The notes: a model not told the origin generated them from the letters alone. Shown: positions 1-13,943, counted from the first letter of the stretch. The stretch is 64,000 nucleotides of DNA from Octopus vulgaris (GCA_951406725.2 OX597825.1:55862001-55926000), one strand, 5' to 3'. A program made the numbers and translations.

Positions 1-295
1 TGATTGATTGATTGATTCTAGTTTCAGCTTATGAGCTGTGGCCATGCTGGGGCACCGTCATTTGGTGTTGCTACTTGGTTTCACTTCACGAAAGCTTTCT
101 AGCAACTGCCATTTGGTGCATGAGAGAGTTCGATGCAGCTGCCCTCATCTGCCCCTCCTGCCGTGAAGTTGGTTCATCTGGGACACCTGACAGGAAGAGA
201 TCCAGCTTCATTTTAAAGACATCTGCATCCACCCCATGCAGGTCTCTCAGGTTCTTTGGGAGGATATTGAAGAGCAGTGGGCCTCGAAGAAATTC
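1..295 (-). mobile_element. 3' end of a CR1/L2-group LINE (ORF2 C-terminus, 3' UTR, (TCAA)n tail)
   Basis: GPLLFNILPKNLRDL...FKMKLDLFLSGVPDEP...NSL aligns with the C-terminus of the RT ORF at 35795-37117 (GPALLNIVPKEIK...FKRSLDRFLQGIPDKP...NSL). Stop at 86-88, short UTR, tandem-repeat tail at 1-17. Confidence 0.8.
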
Positions 296-344
296 TATTG
301 AAGATGTCACACTTTTTACATTTAAAACTACGTGTACAATTATA

Positions 345-1634
345 CGAGGGGCGTTCAATAAGTAATGCCTCTGACCCACTTGCCGTTGATTGATCTAGCT
401 GAGATTTTGCATGTGTAATTATTTATATCTCTATAGATTAAGTAGCAAATTACAGCTCCGAACTAATAGTGGTTTCTGATTTACATGTGTTTGAAATGAG
501 TCAAGTGGGAAATGGAGCCTGTTGAGTGTCGAGCAGTGATCCGGTTTTTGTATTTGAAAGGACGCACACCACAGGAGACTTTTGATGAAATGAAAATAAC
601 TTATGGTGATGATGCCCCATCATATGACCTTGTAAAACGCTGGCATCGTGAATTCAAACATGGTCGGAACTCTGTGGAAACAGCTCCCAGATCTGGTCGC
701 ACCCCTTCTGCCATTGATGAGGTATCTGTCCGTCAAGTTGAGGCTGCCATTTTGGAAGATGGACGCATAACTATTCGCCAAATAGCCCATGAGGTCAAGA
801 TTAGTACCGGGTCTGTGGAAACTATCATTCATGACCATTTGCATATGCAAAAGGTGTCTGCCAGAGGGATTCCCAGGTTGCTCACACTTTTCCTGAAACA
901 AGAACGCGTCGAGTGCTCGAGGATGAATTTAGGGATGTGCCAAGAAGATGAGTCAAAATTTTTCAAAAGACTGATTACACAGGATGAGACCTGGGTCCTT
1001 CACCATGATCCAGAGACCAAAGCCCAGTCAATGCAGTGGAAGCACCATGCCTCACCTCCTCCAAAGAAGGCAAGGGTGCAGCCCTCCGCTGGCAAGGTCA
1101 TGCTCAGTCTTCTGGGACCAGGGCGGAGTAGTGATGACAGATTTCCTGGCAAAGGGTACCACAATTACAGGAGCCTATCATGCTTCACTTTTGAGGAAAT
1201 TAAGAGAAGCTATCAAAACCAAGAGGCGGGGCAAGATCAGCAAAGGCATCCTCCTCCTGCAGGACAACGCTCCGGTCCACAACTCGCGTGTCGCCAGATC
1301 AGAAGCACAGGCGTGCGGCTATGAACACTTCCCCCATCCCCCTACTCTCCTGAGATTGCACCCTCAGATTTTCACCTCTTCCCAGCCATGAAGTTGTTTT
1401 TGAAAGGAAAGCGTTTCCCAGATGATGCAGCCTTGATTTCTGAAGTCACGTAGTGGTTGGAGGACCAAGCTGGGGTCTTCTATGAAAACGGTCTCCAGAG
1501 CTGTATCAAACGATGGGAGAAATGCGTAACTCTGGGTTGTTCCTATGCTGAAAAAGACTAATACCTGTGCCAAGTTTCGTTGCTCTACTGCTATGGGAAG
1601 TGGGTCAGGGGCATTACTTATTGAACGCCCCTCG
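345..1634 (+). mobile_element. Full-length mariner DNA transposon (1290 bp)
   Basis: 37-bp TIRs at 345-381 and 1598-1634 (CGAGGGGCGTTCAATAAGTAATGCC...; 1 mismatch), TA on both sides (343-344, 1635-1636), internal transposase. Confidence 0.97.
512..1561 (+). pseudogene. Mariner transposase, disrupted
   Basis: HTH N-terminus (PRSGRT), GIPRLL (WVPRLL-like), TQDETW, LLQDNAPVH, HPP...SDFHLF. Frameshifts near 1105 and 1345, TAG at 1451, natural stop TAA at 1559-1561. Confidence 0.93.
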
Positions 1635-1799
1635 TACAGTATTAAAGTTTCAATGCTTATGAAACTGTTTTCACGGCTAGAAAATGTGAAAAACGCATCA
1701 TATTGTTGGAATATCTTTTATTGAAATTAACAACATCAATGTGAGGAATGAGCTTGGCGCTGACAAAGTACTTCAAGCAGTTCATCTAAGTGAGCTGGT

Positions 1800-1861
<62 letters not shown>

Positions 1862-2067
1862 TCATTTAAAGATAGTAGGCCCCTTCATCTCACCATATAA
1901 AAAAGAATTTTTATTTTAAATACCTACTGTTTTTTTTTATATGGTGAGATGAAGGGGGCCTACTATCTCTAAATTAAAATATAGATTTCTTCATTGAGAA
2001 TAATTTGAACCTCTGTTATGCCGAATTTTTATTCCCTAAAAAATAAAATTTATATATATATATATAT

Positions 2068-2245
2068 AAAGGGAAAGTTTACGAAAATAAACAAAAGACG
2101 AAGGCAGGTGGAGTACAAACAAACAAATGTATTAGTATAGCGCTCAGGAATAGAAAAAGTCTTTTACGTTTCGAGCCTACGCTCTTCGACAGAAAGATAC
2201 ACAGAAAAAAAACAAGGAGCGAAAAAAATGCGTGTAGGAGCTTAT
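2068..2245 (-). mobile_element. Penelope-like pseudo-LTR fragment
   Basis: Reverse strand reads GAAGAGCGTAGGCTCGAAACGT; homologous to the copies near 12290 and 17285. Confidence 0.6.
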
Positions 2246-2259
2246 ATATATATGGGTAT

Positions 2260-2483
2260 ATTTATGTGTGTTTGTTACTATGTCAGTGTTTGTATGCCCA
2301 CCATCACTTGACAACAGATGGCAGTGTGTTTATGGCCCTGCAACTTAGTGGTTCGGCAAAAGTGACCGATAGAATAAGTACTAGGCTTACAAAGAATAAA
2401 GTCCTGGGGTTGATTTCTTCGACTAAAACCCTTTCTTCGACTCCAGCCGCAGTCAAATGAGTGGAACAAAATCAGAATTAAAG
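2260..2483 (+). mobile_element. SINE family A, 3' half
   Basis: CACTTGACAAC...GGTTCGGCAAAAG.GACCGATAGAATAAGTACTAGGCTTACAAAGAATAA...CCGCAGTCAAATGA, shared with the full copy at 47596-47995. Confidence 0.85.
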
Positions 2484-2517
2484 AACACACACACACACAC
2501 GCGTACACACACACACG

Positions 2518-2558
<41 letters not shown>

Positions 2559-3062
2559 CGACACACGCTTTTATCGATTCATGCACACATTCACACACAC
2601 ATATGTATGTGGGTATGTATGTGTGTGCAAGAGGGGGAGATAGAGGGAGAGGGAGAGGGAGTGTGTGTGTGTGTGTATGTGTGTGTGTATGCATGCATGT
2701 ATGTGTAGTAGTATGTGGACACGTGGAAAATAAACTGAAATGGTAGCCATTGACTCGTGATTTCAAATCCCACCGTAGATGTTGCTGTATGCCCCGAAGC
2801 TCACTGTATAACCTAATTTGCTTAGGGCTTCCTATCTAATTAAAAGCAAATTATGACTGAATGACAATGTTTGACACTGGGTTTATATGTATGCATGTAT
2901 GTGTACGTGTGTGTGTGTGTGTGTGTGTGAGCGAGCGCGTGTGTATGTGCGTATGTGTGTGCCTATGGGCATGTGTGTGCGTTCGTGTGTGTTGTTATGT
3001 ATTTGTAACGTGTGAAAGCCCGTGAGTGCTTCTGTGTGTCTATGCGTACATGTATATGTATT

Positions 3063-3093
<31 letters not shown>

Positions 3094-3204
3094 GTGTACG
3101 TAATGTGTTGTATTTAATTATTCTACTGCTTTTTTATGCACCCTAATTAGTTTCTTTCATCAACGCCGTGCACCGCCTTCACCAACCCGTTTTACCTCCT
3201 TTAC

Positions 3205-3346
3205 AATTATTGTTATTATTATTATTATTATCATTATTATTGTCATTATTGTTGTTGTTGTTTTTGGTTTGATCTCTGTGCTGCTGCTCATGATGCTGAT
3301 GCTGATGATGATAACGTTTTTTGTTGTGGCTGTGATTATTGTTTTT

Positions 3347-3399
<53 letters not shown>

Positions 3400-3552
3400 T
3401 CATCACCATTATCATCATTTCATTATTGTGGCAAATAAAAGAAATTCTTCCCTTCCTCCACCTCCTTCTCTTCTTTATCGTCACCATCATTAGTATTACG
3501 AATATCTTTATCATCCTCATCCTCATCATCATCGTCATCGTCATCGTCGTTG

Positions 3553-3608
<56 letters not shown>

Positions 3609-4040
3609 ATTATTATTTAATATTATTATTATACATATGGTTATCAATGTTATCTCGGCTAGCATCACCAACATCACTACCATCTGCTGCCCCCTTTGTC
3701 ATCGTCAACCACCCCTCCATCCTTCGTCACCTCATCATCATCATCATCATCATCACTATCTTCGCAATCAACATCAATAGTATCTTGCTTAGCGTAATCA
3801 TGATGAGCATTATGGTCGTAGTGAAGAAAGCGAAGATTGCTCTCCCTCACCACCAACATCAACACCATCACCACCACTGCTAAAACCAGCACTAACATTA
3901 TCTCTCCCATCTCCCTTTTTCTACGATAACCACCACCACCACCACCACCACCACCACCGCAACCAACTACCATCATCACCTCCATCATCATTGCTATCAC
4001 CACAACAATCACCACTAGCATATTGATGGCCACCACCACA
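3205..4040. repeat. Compound (ATT)n/(CAT)n/(CAC)n microsatellite field
   Basis: Runs visible directly in the sequence. Confidence 0.9.
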
Positions 4041-4289
4041 TATTTCTATGAAACATTCGACCTGGCAGAGATAACAGCGAAGTTCTTGAACAAACCACGC
4101 ACAGCCGTCTCAAATATGGAAGGACAATATAGTCTATGGTGTACAAAACGGCGGGATGGTTATAGTAAGAAGTACTTTGATCACAAATCATGCACCTTAG
4201 AGCTTGATCCTGGGCTAAGCAACAGGGTCCTACACTTAAATGTCATCGTTTCTGTCGTCTAGCAACGCAAACGCCGCAGCCAATGTTGA

Positions 4290-4682
4290 ACAATCATCAT
4301 CGTCGTCATCTTCATCAACATCATCATCGTCGTCATCTTCATCAACATCATCATCGTCGTCATCGTCGTCATTATTATCATAATCATCATCATCATCATC
4401 ATAATCATCGCCATCGTCATCATCGTCGGCATCGTCATCATCTCCATCACCACCATCATCATCATCTTCACCACCATCACCACCACCAACGCCACCAACG
4501 CCATCACCACCACCAACAACACCATCACCACCAACACCATCATCATCATCATCATCGTCGTAGTTGTCAAAAACATCATCATCATGGTCATTGTCATCAT
4601 CATCATCATCACTGTCATTATCATCATCATCATCGCCAGCGTAATCATCGTCGGCATCGTCATTATCTCTACCACCACTACC

Positions 4683-4719
<37 letters not shown>

Positions 4720-4852
4720 TCATCACCACCACCAACACCACCACCACCAACGCCACCAACACCAACGCCACCACCAGCAACACCATCATCATCATCGTCG
4801 TTGCAGTCGTCAAAAAAATCATCATCGCTGTCATTGTCATCATCATCATCCT

Positions 4853-4880
<28 letters not shown>
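4290..4880. repeat. Degenerate (CAT/CAC/CGT)n tract with an internal ~230-bp duplication
   Basis: Landmark CATCGTCGGCATCGTCAT at ~4421 and ~4647; landmark GTCAAAAA...GTCATTGTCATCAT at ~4566 and ~4809. Confidence 0.85.
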
Positions 4881-4884
<4 letters not shown>

Positions 4885-5485
4885 ACAATTGCAGCTACAA
4901 GATCACAATAGAATACATGATGACCACCATGTCATTTTAGTAAACCCACTGTAAATCCTGTTAACTGGTTGATGGAAATCCTGTTAAGCATGCATCAGTT
5001 TGATTGGTTCGTCTTTTTACTGACGAAGAGAGAGAAAATTTATTTATTTTTCTTTCGCGTTCAGTTACTGCATCACAATGATTAAAATCCTACTGCTGAA
5101 TTGCATTTAATTTATTTCTTATTCATTTCGTAGTCAATAAAACAGGTATAATTCCTATCACATATATGTTTCGGTCTAAATTAGACTCCTTCAGTGATTT
5201 TGTTAAATTTAAGACTACGAGAACCAAGGCAGGCATTGTTTTCCATATCGTAATGGAAAAGATGACGGTACAACCAAATTCATGCTTATGAGAAAAACTC
5301 ATCCAACTATCGCCTAATATCATTAAAAGTAGGCCATCTTGACCATACCAGTGATCATCACGCCTAATTTTACGACGCTATGAGATGGGCTAAGTGTATG
5401 TGTCACTATCCCTAATAGTTATACATAAGTACGTGGCGGTAACCCTTTAGCATTGAGATTACTTTTTCAAATCTAACCACTGAAG

Positions 5486-6408
<923 letters not shown>

Positions 6409-7517
6409 ATAGCCTGAAACTGTACGATCTGGTGATCCCGCCGTCTGCTAGAAGATGGCAGGAGTTCGCTCCCTTGCTTGCAATATATATCGGGTGCAGA
6501 TTGCATCGATAACTAGGTGGAGGAGGCGGCGATAAGCATTATTTCCCAGTATAGTTATTACTTTCATCACTTATAGAGATTTTCTGACTACTTTAGTGCT
6601 TTATTGTATTGATTTAATAATGTATCATCTCGTAGCTTCGAGATTTTGAGTTGTGACTGTTTATTTTCAGACTTACATTGTAGGACAGGTGTGAGAAGCA
6701 GGATCTCGTCAGTCTGAACACTAAAGAGGTAAAAAATTTTGGCCGGATACGACTGGTTTAAATGCTAAGGTGTTAAGTCTGAAACCTGAAACTAAAGTAA
6801 AACAGATTTAAATGAAAAGAGTATTTCTGTAAATATTTAGAATAAGTGAACTCGAGAAGAATCTGCCATTAAAACCCATGGCAGGAAAAACAACCAAATC
6901 CATTCCACGTTCTCACCCTCTCCTCCTATTCCTTTCTTACTTGTTAATGAACCTCTTCAACACAGTACTGAAGAGATCTGTTTTACGAAATATGTATATG
7001 TGACTGGAAAGTTAATGATTTTCATTAACTACGAAATAATTAATTAACTACGAAATAGTTTAAACACAAGTATGAATTTTAATGGTTAGTACTATTGTTA
7101 TGGACTAACAAATGAAGTACATGATCAAGAAGTTCTGAGAATAAAACAAACACTAATCAACACTGGTTGTCGTAGCAAACTAATTAACTCAGCCATAGAA
7201 CAATACTTGGACAACGTAAGAAATATGTGAACCGCCACACTTGTTTCAAATACACAAATGGTAAATGGCATGTATGCATATATATCACCAGATTTGCACA
7301 CCTGGATTTCTCTTATACGCATTTTTAACCCCGCGGACTTAGTCCCCCGTAAAAGCATTAGAGAGCTACAAAGTGTTTTTATATTAAGTATTTTGGATCT
7401 CATCTGTTGATTCTCACTTTCACTTTCTCTCTCTCTCTGTCTTTGTCAGTCTCTGTTTCTCTCTCCATCTCTCTCTACCCCTCTCTCTCTGTACATCTAT
7501 CTATCTATCTATATCTA

Positions 7518-7576
<59 letters not shown>

Positions 7577-7671
7577 ATATATATATATATATACATATAC
7601 ATAGGCGGTGCTCAAGCATGGCCGTAGTCAAATGACTGAAACAAATAAAAGAATAAAAGAATACACACATA

Positions 7672-7764
<93 letters not shown>

Positions 7765-7925
7765 CACGATCATTTATCTGGTATTATGCTGGGTGGTTCA
7801 ACAGGATCTACTGAGCTGGAGTACTTCCGAGCATCGTGTCTCCGTTGTAAACTTTGCAATTGAAGCTAGTCGTTGCAATTGAATTATAGTCGAGAACTGT
7901 TTCCAATTTCCTATCCATTTAAAGT

Positions 7926-8314
7926 GGAGGCGCAATAGCCCAGTGGTTAGAGCAGCAGACTCGCGATCGTAGGATCGTGGGTTTGATTCTCAGACCGGGC
8001 GTTGTGTGTGTTAATTGAGCGAAAACACCTAAACCTGCACGAAGCTCTGGCGGGAGGGGGGATTGTGGCGAACCCTGCTGTACTCTTTCACCACAACTTT
8101 CTCTCACTCTTTCTTTCTGTTTCTGTTGTGCCTGTATTTCAAAGGGGCCAGCCTTGCCACACTGTGTCACGCTGAATCTCCCCGAGAACTACGTTAAGGG
8201 TACACGTGTCTGTGGAGTGCTCAGCCACTTGCACGTTAATTTCACGAGCCGGCTATTCCGTTGATCGGATCAAGTAGAACCCTCGTCGTCGTAACCGACT
8301 GACTGCCAACAACA
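7926..8314 (+). mobile_element. tRNA-derived SINE family C (possibly the octopus OK type), full length
   Basis: tRNA-like head (TAGCCCAGTGG A box; GGTTTGATTCTC B box), (AAC)n tail, 11-bp TSD ATCCATTTAAA at 7913-7923 and 8315-8325. Confidence 0.85.
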
Positions 8315-8813
8315 ATCCATTTAAAACAAATAGCAGTTACACGGCATGACACGATCACACGGTACAAGAGGAAACTCGACAGGAAAACATTAGTTTATTA
8401 ATCTCTACTCTACAGAATTTCGACTAGGAAATATGCAATTAACTTTGGAAGCAATACTCAGAGTACAGTGAAGTGTTAAGAAAAACATATACGACATCAC
8501 ACGCAAATGACAAAGTACACAACTAATTAATGATGTATTTTAATCTAACCGTCAAAATATAAATTCAGACAATAATACCTACACCAGTCAGATTAGCTCT
8601 AGTTGCTATAAAGATGCAGTAACATACACTACTATTAATCCATCTCGAAGTTGAGATTGTGAAACTGTAGGAACGTTGATAATGGATTTGGGAATGTTAG
8701 TGTTCCAAAAAGACTGCAAAGAAAATTCAAAACGAATGTGAGAAGTAAAGACAATCGTATTCTTTTATTCCTTTTCATAGACATATGTTTGATTATATTG
8801 AGTATGAACGTGT

Positions 8814-9052
8814 AAAGGCGGTGAGCTGGCAGAAACGTTAGCGCGCCGGGCAAAATGCTTAGCGGTATTTCGTCTGTCGTTACGTTCTGAGTTCAAATTC
8901 CGCCGAGGTAGATAACTTTGCCTTTCATCCTTTCGGGGTCGATAAATAAAGTACCAGTTTCGCACTGGGGTCGACGTAATCGACTTAATCCATTTGTCTG
9001 TCCTTGTTTGTCCCTTCTATGTTTAGCCCCTTGTGGGCACTAAAGAAATATA
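8814..9052 (+). mobile_element. tRNA-derived SINE family B with Nin/Deu-like central domain, full length
   Basis: GAGTTCAAATTCC B box, central CTTTGCCTTTCATCCTTTCGGGGTCGATAAATAAAGTACCAG, tail GCCCCTTGTGGGC..TAAAGAAATA, 15-bp TSD TGAGTATGAACGTGT at 8799-8813 and 9053-9067. Confidence 0.88.
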
Positions 9053-9964
9053 TGAGTATGAACGTGTGTGTGTGCGTGCGTGCGTGCGTGGATGCGTTTG
9101 CATAAAATATACTGACAAAGTACGCCAGCGTTGTACATACTATAGGGTATAACATTTTGGGAAATTTTTTTTGAGATGCAGAAGAGATCATTACGGAATT
9201 CTTGATATTTTCGGCTCTTTGCTTTGCATTTCTACAATTTATTCACTTTGTATTCAAAGAGAAAACAAAGAAATTAAGGTTGCTAACGTTATCACATCAG
9301 TTATATTAACAGTGCAAGTGCAAGAAACACCAGCCCATGTCACAAGTTGATATTTCTGGCAGGACAATATTTCTGAGAGTTATTTAATTTTAGCCGTTAT
9401 TATATTCCATTACATTCTTCCTCGAAACACATTTATTGCATACTAATCAAAGAAAACTCTTTCTCTTGAGATGTTTCACAGAAAAAAAAAACTATTCTCG
9501 TTATATGTATGAGACATTTATTTTTATTATTAAAATAATCCTCTTGAAAAAAATAAAAGAAAATATTACTAATATAATCCTCATTCCTGTTACTCATTTT
9601 TTTAATGCTAATTTCGACTTTGCCAGGTTTTTTTTAGTAACTTTTTGTTTGAAGAATGAGATTGCAACGTAATTCTCGATATTTACGACACCTTCCATTA
9701 CACTTCGGTGTTAATTTCTATACTTCAATAGTTTTGCATACAAACACACATAGTCTGTTAATGTTTTACTTTTGGTGCTCGCTGATGAAGCTTCCACTTA
9801 TTACTTTGATATTGCAAGTAATAGAAACACGAGCATATAACTAGAAAAGGCAGATATATATATATATATGTACGTATGGATGTATGGATGGATGCTTGTA
9901 TGTGTGTATGTACATATATGTATGTATATGAGTGTATGAGCGTGTGTGTGTGACTTTGTGAGCG

Positions 9965-10341
9965 ACGCAGGCGTGACTGCTTGTTGAGAAACATGCTTTC
10001 CAAACAAGATTTTGGGGTTCAATCCCACTGCGAAACACCTTGGATAACTGTCCTCTACTATGGCCACAAGCCGATCAGAGTCGTGTGAGTAGATTTGGTA
10101 GGCGGAAACTGAAGGAAGCCCATCGTATGTATGTATGTGTCTTTGTGTGTATTTGTTGCCCACCACCACTTGACAACCGGTGTTAACGTCCCCGTAAATT
10201 AGCGGTTCAGTAAAAAGAAACCAATGGAACAAGTACCAGGCTTTAAGAAATAAGTATTGCCGTCGACTGATTTGAGTAAAAACTCTTCAAAGCGGTACTC
10301 CAGGATGACCACAGTCGCATGACTGAAACAAGGTAGAGATA

Positions 10342-10343
<2 letters not shown>
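9965..10343 (+). mobile_element. SINE family A, diverged full copy
   Basis: Head GGGTTCAATCCCACTGCG..CACCTTGG, GGAAACTGAAGGAAGCCC, tail ending GACTGAAACAAG. Confidence 0.8.
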
Positions 10344-10393
<50 letters not shown>

Positions 10394-10550
10394 CGAAAGG
10401 TACTACTTTGTTATTAATTTATAATTTTGCTTTTATGGTTCTTTCACGCATGGTACCCACTGATATTATTGTAAATTTTTAACTATAATATTTTTATACA
10501 GATATACATATATGAAATTATTTTTGTATATGCTTATGTACATACACACA

Positions 10551-11330
10551 CAATGTGTCACAAAAAATGTATATACATTTAAACAGTAGATAACTTACTG
10601 ATTTTTTAAAAAGATTTAGTCTATTAGAAATAATGAAGGGATCTTGACAAAGGTTTGAACAGAGGAAATTTAACCGATTGTACTATTAAAATGTTTGAAA
10701 ACTCGGTTGACGTACATGAACTGATCCTTCAACTAGACTTGCCATAACTCGAGTTAGAGTTAAGTGCAAAACAGATGCAGCTGTTCAGAGTGTCCCCAAA
10801 CAACACGCTCCGAACGGCCCCCACAAACCCAGAAAAGTTACTGGGAACGTCTTGCTAGAATTCAAGAAAATTTGTACAGGCGGTGACTTTTGGAATACGT
10901 ATTTCAAAATAAGGTGTCCACCGCGTTTTGAAGTGCTGTCATTGGAAACATAATATTTAAGTATACCCCATGCTCTCGATGAAGATGATCCAGACCGAAG
11001 AGTGTATGTAGTTTTGCGAGTGATACTTGACAAAATGTATAGAAGATGTGTTCATTTTGTTTACGGTACAAGACCGACAGTCGACGAGCTGAGAGCAGCC
11101 ATTGGACGAGAATGCGCACAATTACTGAACGGAATGTTCCTTGAGGTTTGCGATTCCACCGTCTTGCATTATCAGCAGTCTAGACCAGAACCGTTATTAG
11201 TTTAAAAACAGGCGTCATAAAAATATTAAATTATGTCTCTAGATTCTATTACCCAAAAATTAAATGTAGTTTGGCAAGTATTGACTTTACAATCATTCAA
11301 TGTATATATATGTTTTATGGGAGACGCTCT
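10551..11330 (+). mobile_element. Degenerate, internally deleted Tc1/mariner-superfamily element
   Basis: Loose TIRs (TGTGTCACAAAAAATGTATATACATT versus the reverse complement of 11298-11330). N-terminal relic FEQRKF..YY..FENSVDV; C-terminal relic VYGTRPTVDELRAAIGRECAQL. Confidence 0.55.
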
Positions 11331-11383
11331 ACATATAGACGTACATTCATTTACCTATCTATCTATCTATATATATATAAGTA

Positions 11384-11438
<55 letters not shown>

Positions 11439-11589
11439 GTTTATATATCTAACTATCTATCAATGTCTCTGTCTATTTGTATGTCTATCTCTCTCCCTCT
11501 CCTTCTGTCTCTTTCTCTCTCTAGATATATACAGAATTAAGTGCAAAACAGATGCAACTGTTCAGAATGTCCACAAATAACACCTTCCG

Positions 11590-12400
11590 GACGACCGCGG
11601 GCATCATGCACAGGAGCCATCCGGACTCCCGCCTTTGCCATGATCAGAAATTAATCTTCCTTCTTGGCTCCTTTGTGCCACATGGGTTCAACTCCCTTCC
11701 CCTCTTCATCTGACTCCCCTCTTCTCTCTTCATCTGTCACTTAGTTCCTCTTTTCACTCCTACCCTCCATCTCTCTTCATTGATACCACCCCTACTCCTA
11801 CCCACACCCCATCCTACCCCAAATCTCTACCACCACCCCACAGCACCCCACACCACTCCAAACACACTAGCACTGACCATTTCACAACACCCACAACACA
11901 CCATCATATGTACACCCCTATACCAGATTCCACACAGCCATACACAATCTTCAATAGCGTCACCACACATACCACTATATGAGCAGCCACACGTTACAGA
12001 CACACACACACTAGCACTGCCCACTTTCTAGCGCCCACACCACACAGCATTATCCACACACCCACACACGTCAAAGTCACCAGTCCTAATCACACACACA
12101 CACTTACGCATTCTCATATACACACACGCACATGCACCTTCATTTTGGGATTACAAATACTTTATTATATCCCCTACTTTCAACCACTTCTTTCAAACAT
12201 TTTTCTAATCAGTCGCCATGGTTGACCACTAAATCCACAAGTTTTTTTTTATTCTCTCTTCCTTTATTTTCTCTTATTCCTTTTTGGTGAAGAGCGCAGG
12301 CTCGAAACATAAAATACTTTTTCACTTTCCCAAGCGTCGAACTATTAAACCTGCTTGTTGTTCATACACCTGATTCGCCATTTGTTTTTCTATAAACTTC
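11590..12400 (+). mobile_element. Penelope-like element 3' end and pseudo-LTR
   Basis: QKLIFLLGSFVPHGFNS at ~11644-11695 resembles the PLE GIY-YIG C-terminal motif (E..LIF.LG.L.P.GLN); GAAGAGCGCAGGCTCGAAAC at ~12289-12308. Confidence 0.65.
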
Positions 12401-12467
12401 AACTATATATATATGTATACATACATGCATATACACACACACGCACACACACGCACACATACACACG

Positions 12468-12527
<60 letters not shown>

Positions 12528-12587
12528 CACATACATATATACATACATACATATATATAAAAATATACATATATATATATATATATG

Positions 12588-12876
12588 TATGTGGATTTGG
12601 TAAACGGAAACTGAAAGAAGCCCGTCGTATGTATATTTATATATGTGTGTGTGTGTATGTGTATGTGCATGTGTGTGTCTGTGTTTGTCCCCCAACATCA
12701 CTTGACAACCGATGCTGGTGTGTTTACGTCCCCATAACTTAGCGGCTCGGCAAAAGAAACTGATAGAATAAGTACTAGGCTTACAAAGAATAAGTCCTGG
12801 GGTCGATTTGCTCGACTAAAGTCTGTGCTCCAGCATGGCCGCAGTCAAACGACTGAAACAAGTAAAATGATAAAGA
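12588..12876 (+). mobile_element. SINE family A, 5'-truncated
   Basis: GTGGATTTGGTAAACGGAAACTGAAAGAAGCCCGTCG through GTGCTCCAGCATGGCCGCAGTC...CTGAAACAAG. Confidence 0.88.
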
Positions 12877-12938
<62 letters not shown>

Positions 12939-13461
12939 ATGTATGTATGTATGTATGTATGTATGTATGTATGTATGTATATAGGTCTTTTTGTGAGTAA
13001 CACGTTAACGTTTCAAGCTCTTAAATTTGTTCCAACTCATAAAATTTACACTTTCTGATGCAATTGACACGAGCTTCTTTTTTTTTTATTTCTCGCATTT
13101 GTCTCATAATGCTTCATAAAATAGTTTTCTAAATTATTCAAAAGCATTTCTCCTCTCTTGCTATAATAGCGTCTACAAAGTTTTCTGTTAGTCTTTTCCA
13201 TTTGAAAGTTAATTCAGCCTTCTTATCTTATCTTATATATAATAAAATACAGTAATGATAGAAACAAAAAGAACAAACAGAGTGCGAATGAGTGATAGTC
13301 TGAGATGCTAAATGCAGATGAACTGTAATGAGATGGCTTGCTCTGAAGTCGTTGGTATTGCAACCAAAATGAAAGTAAATTTTTATCGTAAATTATATTT
13401 ATTTTATAAATTTCACTCACACACATATCCCCCCACCCACACACACGGACACAGATACACG

Positions 13462-13520
<59 letters not shown>

Positions 13521-13684
13521 ATATGTGAAATTAAATTTTAAAATTCTTTGTTTGCAAACTATTGTCGCTCACGCAACATTTGTGAATTATATATACACAT
13601 ACACACACACACACACACACGTATATATATATGCATACATGTATGTACGTTTATATATTTTTATATATAAATATATATGTATAT

Positions 13685-13870
13685 TCTTTTATTCTTTTAT
13701 TTATTTCAGTCATTTTGACCGTGGCCATGCTGCAGCACCGACTTTAGTCAAACCTGGTACATATTCTATTGTTCTTTTGCCGAACCGCTAAGTTACAGGA
13801 GACGTAAACACACCTACATCGATTGTCAAGCGATGGTGGTGGGGGACAAACAAAGACACAGACAGACACA
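13685..13870 (-). mobile_element. SINE family A, 3' part
   Basis: TTTCAGTCATTTTGACCGTGGCCATGCTG...CTTTTGCCGAACCGCTAAGTTAC. Confidence 0.82.
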
Positions 13871-13882
13871 CATACATACACA

Positions 13883-13943
<61 letters not shown>

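Noticed and set aside
6560-6776. Possible TTAA-type MITE end (AATGCTAAGGTGTTAA; related TAACCCTTTAGCATT at 5440)
   Set aside because: The ends could not be confidently paired into one element.
7125-7403. Possible hAT transposase C-terminal relic (MPFTICVFETS...SKY)
   Set aside because: Similarity too weak to support by eye; no termini found.
7926-8000. Possible tRNA gene (also the heads at 8814, 27375, 47995)
   Set aside because: No complete cloverleaf or terminator; each continues into a SINE body, with TSDs visible at 7926 and 8814.
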